Positions 19,859 through 29,904 of a stretch of DNA of 64,000 bases are shown here, in pieces (the stretch's first letter is position 1; every line of letters begins with the position of its first letter). Location of the stretch: NCBI GenBank assembly GCA_050949565.1, contig JBMNFY010000010.1, forward strand, positions 32,001 to 96,000, in the 5' to 3' direction. The notes under the pieces were generated by a model that searched no databases, was not told the DNA's origin, and saw only the letters and a program-made list of their open reading frames with translations. The position numbers were made by a program, and so were the translations under genes. This DNA is from Kiritimatiellia bacterium (lineage in GTDB: Bacteria; Verrucomicrobiota; Kiritimatiellia; RFP12; UBA1067).

Positions 19859-19886
19859 TCAACAAGAGAGAAAGGATAAAAAATGA
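18573..19886 (+). CDS. Secreted hypothetical protein with two tandem ~190-aa domains (copy 2)
   Basis: Paralog of 17241-18527, offset by exactly 1332 bp including the RBS. Confidence 0.85.
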   Translation: MRIRCVFLTVLVLGMRVTSFGQYIGPTLSASLIPRVAPTTRPWYEPDDSLMSLNAGLSAELGFENADWMIRNMKDGLLGKEAPFASTLSGTREYITEISDALHRSGDSPEITNTLHQSLLTPNNLYRDIILHAYIMASPVPMAFLAETVVKEFPAGQRKAWYAAATEKALYGDSWEDCLIDRPSREVLRYSHFLNRVKALETDPECLRVIGSPFDPGREVFPTLAPGGGEGAGDGRVAPNAAARFIARIAPTSRPWYEADDSLQSVNAKLAHGKDGGMVGLIGAELLSQGTPFARTSEGTPEYVAELLGTLWRSGDSPEITNILHQALLAPTNHYREATFRAYVMASPVPMTVLAETVVKSFPLEERKAWYARSGSKMLNPYDPIIRSIDRPSRESLRYSHFLNRVKVLDTDPDCLRIIGDPVDPKWECQQERKDKK

Positions 19887-20635
19887 TGACGATGCTGATG
19901 GGTGTTTTGCTGTGCTTTTTAGGCGCTTTTCATGCGTCTGCCGCTGTGGTGTCGCAATGCGAGACTGTCGCGGACAGAGTGCTCGTGAATGCGGATGGTC
20001 GTGTGCTGTCATGGATATCTTTGCGCGAAGGGGCGGCATGGAGCCCGGCCATCGCGGGGGCGACGTCTTGGGGATTGCCCGCGTTGGAAACGGAAGGGAT
20101 CACGTTCGATACGCTGGAAGCCCCGGCCTCGCCGTTCTGCTCCAGTGCCATTCCGGTTTCGACGCTCTTCATCGTAGCGTGTCCGGCAGAATCATCCAAT
20201 CACTTTGCCGCACTTGTCGAGGCCCCCGGGGCGGCTGTGACAGTGGCTGCCCGTGCTTTGCCGCTGACCTACGACCCCGAGGATGCCGAAGGGCTTTCCG
20301 TATGCGTCAACGGTCAACCGGTGTGGACGTTTCCCGACGGGCGGCATATCGTGGAGGTTGATTTCGCGCAGGCCGTGCCCGGCTGCGACCTTCGGATAGG
20401 CGGGGTCTCGGCATGCGCTTCATGGCGGCAATCGTGGCGCGGCCACATATCGGAGGTTGTCGCGTTTGACACGCCGCCCGATGAGACTGTCCGCCGGACT
20501 GTCCGAAGCTATCTCGCCCGCCGCCACGGTGTCGCGGGATACTTCCCGCCGCCCGGACCCGAGGCCGTTCTGCAGGCCATGTCGCTCGGCCTGTATACGC
20601 ACGCCCTTTTCTCAACGCAGTTGTTCATGCGATAA
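19883..20635 (+). CDS. Secreted LamG/concanavalin-like single-domain protein
   Basis: Signal peptide, WRGHISEVVAFD...VRSYLARRHG motif also seen in 25421-29884; ends STQLFMR. Confidence 0.75.
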   Translation: MMTMLMGVLLCFLGAFHASAAVVSQCETVADRVLVNADGRVLSWISLREGAAWSPAIAGATSWGLPALETEGITFDTLEAPASPFCSSAIPVSTLFIVACPAESSNHFAALVEAPGAAVTVAARALPLTYDPEDAEGLSVCVNGQPVWTFPDGRHIVEVDFAQAVPGCDLRIGGVSACASWRQSWRGHISEVVAFDTPPDETVRRTVRSYLARRHGVAGYFPPPGPEAVLQAMSLGLYTHALFSTQLFMR

Positions 20636-20774
20636 GTCACGTCTGCCACGTACTGTTTTTATTGGACTTTGTGATGCGTATAGGCGGTGCTCAACCCCGC
20701 AATTTTTCAACTTTCAACGCTCAACGTTCAAACGATGTGGTATAGTACCGGAACTGATGAAAGGGAAGACCGCT

Positions 20775-21251
20775 ATGGCTGCTCAAAAAAAACGTGTTGA
20801 TCCCCGTCCGGATTGGGATACCTATTTCATGGCGATTGCTGAAGTGGCGGCGACGCGCGCCAACTGTTCGCGGCGCAAGGTCGCGGCGATCGTCGTGTCC
20901 GAGAACCGTATCATTTCGACGGGATACAACGGCACGCCGCGTGGGGTTAAGAACTGCTTCGAAGGCGGTTGCCCGCGTTGTGCGGGTAGTGCGCCGTCGG
21001 GCAGCAGCCTCGAAGAGTGCATCTGCGTCCATGCGGAACAGAATGCCATCTGTCAGGCGGCGTATCACGGCATTGCCTTGGCGGGCGCGACGATCTATGT
21101 GACGATCAGCCCTTGTCTGACGTGTGCCAAGATGATCATCAACGCGGGCATCCGCGAGGTGGTCTACGGCGGCGACTATGCCTTTACGGAGCAGACCGAG
21201 CGGTTGCTGAAAGAGGCGAAGGTAACGTGCCGCCGCTTTGTGAAGCCGTAG
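20775..21251 (+). CDS. dCMP deaminase (ComEB-like)
   Basis: RPDWDTYFM, STGYNGTP, HAEQNA and PCLTC zinc motifs; start reassigned to 20775. Confidence 0.95.
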   Translation: MAAQKKRVDPRPDWDTYFMAIAEVAATRANCSRRKVAAIVVSENRIISTGYNGTPRGVKNCFEGGCPRCAGSAPSGSSLEECICVHAEQNAICQAAYHGIALAGATIYVTISPCLTCAKMIINAGIREVVYGGDYAFTEQTERLLKEAKVTCRRFVKP

Positions 21252-24200
21252 CGGGCCAGACCGTCAGCCTGAAGAATCGGCGCGGGTAGGTGGCCTGCTC
21301 TTCGTGCGGGATCTCCAGCGTCCATAAATAACCGTCGCCGGTGTCTTCACAGCGCAGGTAGCGGCCGTCGGTGTTGTACCACTCAAGCAGATCCTCGGAC
21401 TCTTGGAGCGACGCCCAAGCATCGGGGCGATCGTATGCCTGATAGTAGGAGACGCTCACGCCTGAACCGTCTATCGCAAACCCTTGTATGGCGGAGCGTC
21501 CTTCGTCGGTGGGGTCCAGCGGGTCGGCACCGGTGTAGTACTCAACCAGATTCGGCACGCCGTCGCCGTCGGCGTCGCCTTCGAGCGAGGTGAGGCCGCG
21601 CAATCCGAGCCATTCTGAGTATCCGCCGCGCCCCGGCGTCGGCACGCCCGCCTGCCAGCGGCTGGGCGCGAACGGCACAAAGTCCGCGCGGTTGAGCGAG
21701 TCGCCGCCGCCATCTGCGGAACGGGGCCAATCGCCGCGCGTGCCGTACGTGATCGTATCCAGCGTGCGCCCTCGCGCATCAAGCAACGTGACCGTTTCGC
21801 CGCTGTCGGAGAGTCCGCCGTAGATCCAGTAGGCGGCAGGCGTGACCGCGTTGCCGTAACGGTGCCGGAAAGCCTCTTCGTGACGGGCGACGACCGCATG
21901 TTCGCCGGGCTTGAGGATGGGGCCGTCCAAGACAAGCTCGTGCGCGGGCTGGCCTTGCGGGAAGCGGCACCCCGCGAGGCTGATGTCGCAGTCGGCGAGG
22001 TTGACCAGCTCAACGAACTCGTAACACCGGGCGATCCATTCCGATTGCGGGGCGGTTGCGTTGACGTGCGGATGATAGTGGATCTCGTTGATCAGGATAT
22101 CGCCGGGACGGGCACGGCGGCCGCCCAGCAGATATTCCGCCCGTGCGGCGAGGCTCCAGGTTTGGCGCGTGCTGCTGTAGGCGCGGGCGAAAAGTTCGGC
22201 GGAGGCGGTGAGTTGCACCGACATGCCGGGGCGGCAGACGTGCGCCTGCGGGGCCGGAAGATTGTTCCAGAGCGCGGGGTCACTGCCGTCCAGCGTGTAG
22301 TAGATGAGGTCGCCTTCGGGCGCGGTCAGCGTCACGGTCAGCGGTTCACCGGGCGGCAGGATGCAACTCGCCGGATTGAGCAGCGGCGGCGCGTGCAACA
22401 GGGAGCACTTCTGCGTGAAGTTTTGGTCGATCCACGTCGCGTGGTTGGTGGCGAACCAAGTCATCCACGCGACCTCGCCGGAGTGGGTACGGCCGAAAAC
22501 GTCATTGGTGGGCCACTGGTTCCACTTCACGTAATCACGAGTGGCCGCCGCTTCAGGAAGCTGCGCGTGCAGCCGGGCGACGGTGGCCGCCAGATTGGTG
22601 TTGGAGAAGGGGCCTTGGCGCAGTGCGAACCAGCGGTCCCAGTAGAGACGCTGGAAGGCGGGCTGGGCATGCAGGCGGCCCCAGAAATCGCTGCGGGTGA
22701 AGGGCTCCGGGGCGAAGGTCCATACGTCCCAGCGCTTGGAGTTGGGCCTGTCGGTGTACCCGTATGGCCCCAACGAACGGTCGAAGTCCCAGACCGGCCC
22801 GGCCATGATCTTACCGCTGCGGTCTTTGTGAAAATAGGAGCTGAGCGTGAAGATGTCTACATCCATCGAGTAGGCTTTCATGATGTGGAAATCGGTCCAC
22901 GATAGCAGGTCAATGTAACGGCCGACACCAGTCTCAGGGTGCATGGGGTCGGAGCCGTACACGGTGTTTTCAAAATCGTTGAAGGCATTGACGAGATAGA
23001 GGCTCTGCTCGGGTTGGACCACATCGAGCTTGGGCCGATCGAGGACCATGTAGCGTCCGGTGCTGTTGGGGAAGTTGCGTGCGGTGCGCCAGTAAAATTC
23101 GTCGGTGTCGGCGCGGTCCGCCTTGAAGAGATAGCTGCCGGAGAGCGCGGGCTGCGCCGTGTCGCCTGGCGTCACGATGTCATCGATCGGCAGACGGCCG
23201 TTACCGATGCGGATGCGCTCTTCCAAAACGTAGAGCCCGTGGTAGCGGGCAGCCGAGAGGTCGGTGGTTTCGTTGTTGATGAGGAAAAGCTCCACCCAAC
23301 GCGTGCGCGGGGCGTAACGGCCGAGTTGGCGCGAGAGATCGAACATGAAGGCATCGTGCATGTAGGTGCGGTCATAGTTCCAGCAACTGATCAAGGCGAA
23401 GTCCGAGCCGTCGGGAAAACCGTTGATGCTGGCCTTCTCGTCGTCGTCCTCCTCGCCCCAGAAGGTGAGCGCGTAAGGTTTTTTGGGGAAACCAGCGGAT
23501 GAGGACCCGCGCACATGGATGCCGACGCGGCGGGTCAGCGTGGCGGGACCGGTCAGCGCGGCACTGCCGTCGACGGGCTCGATCAGGTGAGCGGAACAGG
23601 CGGTGTAGATTGACGATTCGCTCGTGGGGATACCGTCACGGAGCGGATCGTTCTCGCGCAGCACGAGGATCGGCAGGCCGCTGGTGAAGGCCAGCGTGGC
23701 GGAGTCGGACGCATGGAAGGTGTACATGGCGGTCGATGGGTTGCCGCTGCGCCCGAGCGCGTCGAACACGCAGGCGCGGATGTGCAGGGAAGAGGAGACC
23801 GAGAGCGGCGCGCTGTAGAGGAGGCTGTTGTCCAGCGTGGGGACCGCGCCGTTGGTCGTGTAGCGGATGCTTTGGCCCGGTGCGCTGCCGCTCAGCGTCA
23901 GGGTGAAGGGCGTGGCGGTGATGCCGGGAGGGTGCGAGAAGGCGACTGTCTGCGGCAAGCGCAGGATCGTGGCATCGCCGTTCATGACGCCGGGCGTGGC
24001 TTGAATGAGGTAGGAGGGTTCGTTGGTGACGAAGAGCGTGCGGATGACGGCCTCCAACGAGGGCTTGAGAAAGAGGTCGCTGCTGGTCGCGTTACAGTTC
24101 ATGAGGTGGACGGCCAGCATGTTGACGCCGCCGGTCAGCAGATTGGTGCAGGCGGTGAGATTGAGCGCCGTGGCGGTGGCGGGGTTGTTCAGAATCGACG

Positions 24201-25035
24201 CGGCGTAACTGGCATATGTCAAGGTCGCGGGGGACGGTGAATTCACGGCGGTGGCGAATCCACTGTTCATGTAAAATGCGGCGCCGTCGTCATAGGTCAC
24301 GGTGAGCGCGAGCGAAAGAACGGACGCGGCGTCGGCCAGTTCGAACGGAATGCGCAGGTAGACGCCGGGCTGGCCCTGCGCGATTTCCAGCAGGCTCAGG
24401 TTGACCTCAGAGACCCACGCGGGATTCTTCGTGCCATAGCCGGTCGGCAGGAGCCCCGCCAGCCATTCCGTGTCGTCGAAGGCCTGAGTGCGCCAGGTGG
24501 TGCCGAGCGCATCATCGGCCGGACAGTACGCGCGGACCGGCGAGGTGTTGGAGACGAGTAGGCATGTGTCATCCGCCAGTGAGATGGCCACACCGTACGC
24601 GATGTTTTCGTACTGCGGCGGGAAGCTGGGGCTGTAGGTGTGAACCGCTATACGGTCGGCGTTGAAGAGGCCCAGGAATTCGCCGTTTTTGCTGAGCGAA
24701 AAGTTGGTGTGCAACTCACCTGCGGGATCGGTCTGGTTCGCGCTGGAGGCCCAGATCAGGAGCGTACCCCAAGGGGGCAGCGTGACGGCGGGAATCACCC
24801 ATTTGGCCGGATTGCCCGCATTGTCCGAGAGCGACCAGCCAGCGAGGTTGATCGGGTGTCCGGTGGTGTTCTGCAGTTCCAGCCAGTCGGAGGCGTTGCC
24901 GAAGCTGTCATAACAAAAGCCGTTGTTATCAGCCATGAATTCGGAGATCACAACAGGGGGTGTCGCCGTGGCGATCTTCACCACAAGCGCCGCAGAAAGC
25001 CAGATACGTTGTAAGCCTTTGCCAGACACGCGCAC
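21184..25035 (-). CDS. CotH-kinase / lamin-tail-domain surface protein
   Basis: VVISEFMA..SDWLEL and INEIHYHP lamin-tail domains, YTTNG/YTLDGSDP domains, IHVRGSSS...KKPY, GPVWDFDRS; start uncertain (GTG 25035). Confidence 0.88.
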   Translation of the reverse strand: MRVSGKGLQRIWLSAALVVKIATATPPVVISEFMADNNGFCYDSFGNASDWLELQNTTGHPINLAGWSLSDNAGNPAKWVIPAVTLPPWGTLLIWASSANQTDPAGELHTNFSLSKNGEFLGLFNADRIAVHTYSPSFPPQYENIAYGVAISLADDTCLLVSNTSPVRAYCPADDALGTTWRTQAFDDTEWLAGLLPTGYGTKNPAWVSEVNLSLLEIAQGQPGVYLRIPFELADAASVLSLALTVTYDDGAAFYMNSGFATAVNSPSPATLTYASYAASILNNPATATALNLTACTNLLTGGVNMLAVHLMNCNATSSDLFLKPSLEAVIRTLFVTNEPSYLIQATPGVMNGDATILRLPQTVAFSHPPGITATPFTLTLSGSAPGQSIRYTTNGAVPTLDNSLLYSAPLSVSSSLHIRACVFDALGRSGNPSTAMYTFHASDSATLAFTSGLPILVLRENDPLRDGIPTSESSIYTACSAHLIEPVDGSAALTGPATLTRRVGIHVRGSSSAGFPKKPYALTFWGEEDDDEKASINGFPDGSDFALISCWNYDRTYMHDAFMFDLSRQLGRYAPRTRWVELFLINNETTDLSAARYHGLYVLEERIRIGNGRLPIDDIVTPGDTAQPALSGSYLFKADRADTDEFYWRTARNFPNSTGRYMVLDRPKLDVVQPEQSLYLVNAFNDFENTVYGSDPMHPETGVGRYIDLLSWTDFHIMKAYSMDVDIFTLSSYFHKDRSGKIMAGPVWDFDRSLGPYGYTDRPNSKRWDVWTFAPEPFTRSDFWGRLHAQPAFQRLYWDRWFALRQGPFSNTNLAATVARLHAQLPEAAATRDYVKWNQWPTNDVFGRTHSGEVAWMTWFATNHATWIDQNFTQKCSLLHAPPLLNPASCILPPGEPLTVTLTAPEGDLIYYTLDGSDPALWNNLPAPQAHVCRPGMSVQLTASAELFARAYSSTRQTWSLAARAEYLLGGRRARPGDILINEIHYHPHVNATAPQSEWIARCYEFVELVNLADCDISLAGCRFPQGQPAHELVLDGPILKPGEHAVVARHEEAFRHRYGNAVTPAAYWIYGGLSDSGETVTLLDARGRTLDTITYGTRGDWPRSADGGGDSLNRADFVPFAPSRWQAGVPTPGRGGYSEWLGLRGLTSLEGDADGDGVPNLVEYYTGADPLDPTDEGRSAIQGFAIDGSGVSVSYYQAYDRPDAWASLQESEDLLEWYNTDGRYLRCEDTGDGYLWTLEIPHEEQATYPRRFFRLTVWPATASQSGGTLPSPLSATARSAP

Positions 25036-25062
25036 AGTATAGGCGATGTTCTGGCCGTTCGC

Positions 25063-25210
25063 CAAGTGTCGGCTTACGAAATCTGGAGTGCGGTGACAAG
25101 AGCCGCGCTGTGCGCGGGTCGCGGCACCGCTTTTGCGCACAGCCCTGCCGCCGTACTCCTGCTCAAAAAGCGGCGTCGCGCGGAATACCGCTTGCCGCCG
25201 CACTCCAAAT
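25063..25210. repeat. REP-like element family A, copy 2
   Basis: tggagtgcggtgacaagagccgcgc...ccgcttgccgccgcactccaaa. Confidence 0.85.
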
Positions 25211-25420
25211 CTTTTCGCCTGACTTGCGGGTGCCGAAATGGGCACAAACCACGCACTAAACTCGCATGACCCCTGTCACTAACCGCGATTCGCGTACCGC
25301 GTTCGGGGATAGACAGTTGCCCCCGATTGTGCGACACTGTTCTTACCTTGGGCGAGGGACGTTGGGGCGTCAGCCCCGTCGCTGTTGCATGAATGCGAAA
25401 TGGAAACGAGGTCTGTCAGG

Positions 25421-28400
25421 ATGCGTAAGCTGGTACTAGTTTCAAGTCTGTTGCTGATCCAATCGGCGGGTGCCTTTGCGCCCACCAATCTCCCGAACTG
25501 CGTGATCTGGCTGCAAGCCGGAAGTGACGATGTCCAGTTCAATCCCAACACCGGACGCGTCACGACGTGGCTCGACCGTTCCGGCAACAACAACCACGCT
25601 TATCAGACCGACACCAACCGCCAGCCGGTGTTTGTCTCAAGCGGCCTGAACGGTCTGCCGGCGTTACACTTTGACCAGCGCCTTTTCAATGACGCTTACG
25701 CGGCCGGTCTAGTGACCTCGAATGCGTTGAATGCCGCCTTTTCCGTGTTTACCGTGATGTGTGTCAGGGATGACAGCGGACGCGGGATCGCCTGGCGCAG
25801 GTTCGTGGGGTCGCTCGATAAAAACTGGCTTCTCGGAACCTACAGTGACGGCTCTTTTTACGCGCATGCCGACACCAGCGAATTGAGCGGCATTGCGGCG
25901 CGGCTACGCGCGCCTTACCAATTCGGGCGCACGTACACGCTGTCGGCGGTCAACACGACGAGCGAACAACGCTTCTACGTGAACGGGTATGACCTTACGG
26001 GTAATTCAAGTCTTACCACGTCGCCGGGTCGGCTGACGATCGGAGGCTGCGCGCGCAATGCGGCAGATCCGAGCGATGTCGTGATTGCCGAAGTGATCGT
26101 TTACGAGCGCGCCCTTTCCGCTGCCGAGCGCGATCAGGTTGAAGCCTACCTAAAGGAGCGCTACGCGGTGTCGGACGCGGGTTTCGACGGGTCCGTGTGG
26201 AGCGGCTTTGGCAGCAGTAACCTCTGGAGCGACAACGCCAACTGGCACCAGTCCCTTCCTGCCCGGCCGATGCTGGCCTTTGAAACCAACATCCAGTCAA
26301 CGTCTGTGAACGACCTGCCCGGACTCACGGTGGACAGCATCATGGTGTGGAACCGTAACATCTCGGCATCGGGCAACCCCATCACTCTGGAGAACAATTT
26401 CTTCTGCTTCCCGCAGTCTACCGTTAACTGGGCGCTGGACACCATCTTGCCCGACGGTCAGCACACCTTCTCGGTGCGCGGCAACCGCCGCCTCAACTTC
26501 TCCGGTCGTCTCTCCGGCACAGGCGGGATCTGTCTGGGGACGGGAGCCCTGTACGATGGCACGCTCGCCCTGCTCTGCCCGACAAACAGCTTCACCGGTC
26601 CGGTCCACATCCAAACCGGCATCGCCGAAATCTCCCGGTTGGCACCGGCCGGCACGTCCAGTTCGCTGGGAGCGGCGACTGGTGCGGACGCCACCATGCA
26701 TCTCGGCAACGTCCGCTACAACATCGTGGGCGGCGTGCGCTACACCGGTACGGCATCGGCGACCACCGACCGCGATTTCCGCTTCATGCGCAACGTGGCC
26801 ATCCTCAACGGCAGCCCCACGGACGCAGCCCTTGCTTTCAGTGGCACAATGTGCCCTGTTGACGAGCCGCGCGCGGGCCTGGCGACGCTGGAACTAGGCG
26901 GAACCTCGCGTGGTACCAATCTCATCGCATCGACCCTCAGCGACTCCCCGTTGGGCCAAAACCATCTCGCGGTTACCGTCAAGGGCGGCGTCTGGCGCTT
27001 TAACCAGTCCAACACCTTTACCGGGGGGTTCACGCTGGAAGGCGGCACGGTGTTCCTGACAGGCACCGGCGGGCTCGGGCAAGGCCCCGTTCGCGTCAGG
27101 ACCGGCGCCACGCTCGGCGGCAACGGGGTCGCCACCTCAGCCAGCGCGATCCTCCAGTATGAAGGCGCCATCATCTCGCCCGGCGATCCCGACGAAAACG
27201 GCGGTATCGGTTGCCTCACCTACGATATTGGAGCGGGACTCTCCGGCGTACGGCTCGTCATACAGACCACCCTGCAGACCAATGACAGCATCCGTGTCAA
27301 TGCCACCCTCCCGTTGCCTGCCTTCCTGACGGTGGAAGTCCAGGCGGCTTCCGCCGCCGACTGCCCCGAATCCCTGCGCATCATCGATGCGACCGCGCTG
27401 ATCGGCGCGCAGGATCTTTCCGCATGGGAGATCATCGCCCCCTGCGCCTATCGTGCCGTGCGCGAGGGCTCGTCGGTGCTGCTTGTCAAGGAGCCCGCCT
27501 TTTCTGCCGATGCCTGGCAATACAACATGAAGATCCGCTTTCCGGGGTACACCGGCACCTCCGTCCTAACCAATTTCCCCGTCCTGATCAAACTGACAGA
27601 GGGCACGGGCAACCGGTTCCACTACGGTGAGTGCGATCCGAACGGCGCCGACCTGCTCTTCACCGACGCAGACGGCACGCGCTTGCAGCACGAGATCGAG
27701 CGCTGGGAGATCAACGGCGAGTCTTGCGTGTGGGTCAAACTGCCGCGCCTGACGCGGGGCACAGAGATCACCGCGCACTGGGGCAACCCCGCCTTTGCAC
27801 CGCTCAAGGCCACCTTCCAACCGATCGACTTGCCCGGCTGTGCGCTCTGGCTCGACGCGGCCGCGAGCTTTACGGCGGATGGTGCTTCCATCGCCACCTG
27901 GCCGGATCTTTCCGGAAACGACCGCCACGCTACGCAAAGCAATGCCGCCGCGCAGCCGCGCTGGGTAGCTAACGCCGTCAACGGCCTGCCCGCCGCGCGC
28001 TTTGAAGTGACGGGTACCATGGACGGCATGGTCACTGGATGGAACACCCAGGAGGATTCTGCCTACACCGTGATCGTCGCCGGCACGCACCGCAGGGAAG
28101 TCGACCCCGGCGATTCTTGGCGGCGCATTGTCAAGGGGTCTGCCGCCTATAACGCTTGCATCGCCGTGCGGATCGACAACACTTTTGAGGCAGGCACACG
28201 CGATGGCGATTATAAGTCCCTCGCAACATCGAGCACGCGCGCTACGCTCGGTGCTCCGTTTGTCGGCACGATCGTGGCCGACGGCACCCACTCCTACTTT
28301 GCGCTTAATGGCTTCGCCTTCCCGACGGTTGCCGTCGCGGGTGCGTTCGGCGACCTCGGGCTCGGGGCGAGCGGATTCGGCAACGACGGATGGGACGGTG

Positions 28401-29884
28401 ACATCCTGGAGGTCATCGCTTACGACCGTGCGCTCTCTCTCGCTGAGCGCCAGCAGGTGGAGCGCTATTTGGCAGAGAAATACGACGGGCTTTCTGCCCA
28501 CTTCGTGCCCGAGTTCGGGTTGCAACAATGGCTACGGGCCGACATGGTGAATGCCGATGTGCTGGACAACGGCGTGCCGCGCGTGTCCAGAGCGGACAAC
28601 CAAACTTCCGTATTTGGCATGCACGCCACGCAGGGTACGACCAATCGCATGCCTGAAAAAGTTGCGTCGGCCATCAACGGCAAGCCCGCGCTGCGCTTTG
28701 ACGCGGTGCCCGACCAGTATGACGCCCTCCGGAGTCCCGTCGCGCCGATCGGCGAGGCTTACACGGCCTTCGCTGTCTTCGCGCCGAACACCACCGGCCT
28801 GACGGAGCGTGTGATCATGCAGGGATACGGCGGCGTCAGCCGCCTCGGCATCACGAACGGCATTCTCATGCGCAGCGCCGGCGGTACCGTTTCGCAACTC
28901 CTGCCTTGCCCGCCCCATCAACCGCTGATCGCCACATTGCGCTGCAACGGACTCTCCTCCAGTTTCTACGTCAACGGCGTGAATCTCACGCAGAACGCTA
29001 CGCCGTCAGGCAACTGGGCCGGGAGTGGAGGTGTCGAAAACCGGGTGATCATTTTTGGCGCGGGTTACGGGGACGGCGCGCTCTTGCGGCCGATGGACGG
29101 TGACCTCGCCGAGGTCATGGTCTACAACCGTATCCTTTCCGATCACGAACGCCAGCGCGTGGAGGCCTACCTCGCGGACCGCTATGCAATTCCCATCAAC
29201 CGCAACAACGCACAGGTGTGGTCGGAGGGCTACACCGGCGTCTGGCACCTGACCGATACCTCGCGCCTGTTGCTCGCCGACGCTTCGCCCGCGCAGAACG
29301 GCGCGGTGCTGCTGGGCATCGACGAAGCGTACGCCGTTCCGGCATGGACCGCAGAAGGTCTGGCTTGGGATGCGGCGTCGCAGTTCGGCAGAAGCCGTAC
29401 CGCGCCAGTCACGCCGTCGACGCTCTCGTTCTGGGCGCTGCAAACCGAGTCGTCGGCGAACCTTGCCACGGTGATCGCCGGAACCTCCGGCGCGCCGTAC
29501 GTCGCGCTCAACAACGCCGCAGGTAAGCTCCGTGTCGCCGCTACGGACGCCGCGCCGCTGATCGGCGGCAGCGACGCCTGGACGCACTACACGGTTGTCG
29601 TGAATCCCGCCAGCCAGGCCGTGCAGGTTTACGGCAACGGTCTGCCGCTCGACACGGCACCGGGCGTGCAGGGGAGCGGGATGCCGACCGGGCAGGCGCT
29701 GACATTCGGGCACGATGCGAATACGTCCGACGTTTCGAAAACCTTTTCGGGCGCGTTGGATGAACTCCGTCTTTCGACGACCGCGCGGAACGCGGACTGG
29801 ATACGCGCTGCCTATCTGACGCAGGCAGAAAACGCTTCGTTCACCAGCTACCACCACTTCGGCACGTTCTTCATGTTGCGATAG
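25421..29884 (+). CDS. Giant secreted protein: LamG-like domains, autotransporter-associated strand repeats, DUF2341
   Basis: Signal peptide; three WL.A...W.D.SGN..HA.Q-type domains; NSFTG/NTFTGG repeats; LTNFPVLIKL...HEIERW; ends GTFFMLR. Confidence 0.85.
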   Translation: MRKLVLVSSLLLIQSAGAFAPTNLPNCVIWLQAGSDDVQFNPNTGRVTTWLDRSGNNNHAYQTDTNRQPVFVSSGLNGLPALHFDQRLFNDAYAAGLVTSNALNAAFSVFTVMCVRDDSGRGIAWRRFVGSLDKNWLLGTYSDGSFYAHADTSELSGIAARLRAPYQFGRTYTLSAVNTTSEQRFYVNGYDLTGNSSLTTSPGRLTIGGCARNAADPSDVVIAEVIVYERALSAAERDQVEAYLKERYAVSDAGFDGSVWSGFGSSNLWSDNANWHQSLPARPMLAFETNIQSTSVNDLPGLTVDSIMVWNRNISASGNPITLENNFFCFPQSTVNWALDTILPDGQHTFSVRGNRRLNFSGRLSGTGGICLGTGALYDGTLALLCPTNSFTGPVHIQTGIAEISRLAPAGTSSSLGAATGADATMHLGNVRYNIVGGVRYTGTASATTDRDFRFMRNVAILNGSPTDAALAFSGTMCPVDEPRAGLATLELGGTSRGTNLIASTLSDSPLGQNHLAVTVKGGVWRFNQSNTFTGGFTLEGGTVFLTGTGGLGQGPVRVRTGATLGGNGVATSASAILQYEGAIISPGDPDENGGIGCLTYDIGAGLSGVRLVIQTTLQTNDSIRVNATLPLPAFLTVEVQAASAADCPESLRIIDATALIGAQDLSAWEIIAPCAYRAVREGSSVLLVKEPAFSADAWQYNMKIRFPGYTGTSVLTNFPVLIKLTEGTGNRFHYGECDPNGADLLFTDADGTRLQHEIERWEINGESCVWVKLPRLTRGTEITAHWGNPAFAPLKATFQPIDLPGCALWLDAAASFTADGASIATWPDLSGNDRHATQSNAAAQPRWVANAVNGLPAARFEVTGTMDGMVTGWNTQEDSAYTVIVAGTHRREVDPGDSWRRIVKGSAAYNACIAVRIDNTFEAGTRDGDYKSLATSSTRATLGAPFVGTIVADGTHSYFALNGFAFPTVAVAGAFGDLGLGASGFGNDGWDGDILEVIAYDRALSLAERQQVERYLAEKYDGLSAHFVPEFGLQQWLRADMVNADVLDNGVPRVSRADNQTSVFGMHATQGTTNRMPEKVASAINGKPALRFDAVPDQYDALRSPVAPIGEAYTAFAVFAPNTTGLTERVIMQGYGGVSRLGITNGILMRSAGGTVSQLLPCPPHQPLIATLRCNGLSSSFYVNGVNLTQNATPSGNWAGSGGVENRVIIFGAGYGDGALLRPMDGDLAEVMVYNRILSDHERQRVEAYLADRYAIPINRNNAQVWSEGYTGVWHLTDTSRLLLADASPAQNGAVLLGIDEAYAVPAWTAEGLAWDAASQFGRSRTAPVTPSTLSFWALQTESSANLATVIAGTSGAPYVALNNAAGKLRVAATDAAPLIGGSDAWTHYTVVVNPASQAVQVYGNGLPLDTAPGVQGSGMPTGQALTFGHDANTSDVSKTFSGALDELRLSTTARNADWIRAAYLTQAENASFTSYHHFGTFFMLR

Positions 29885-29904
29885 CATCCGCGTGTAGCAC
29901 GGAG

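Noticed and set aside
25036-25245. N-terminal extension of the CotH ORF, and likewise those of ORFs 46645, 6548, 20457, 355-1566 and 54098-57856
   Set aside because: The extensions are translated REP, intergenic or neighbouring-gene sequence; better starts with RBS or signal peptide lie downstream.
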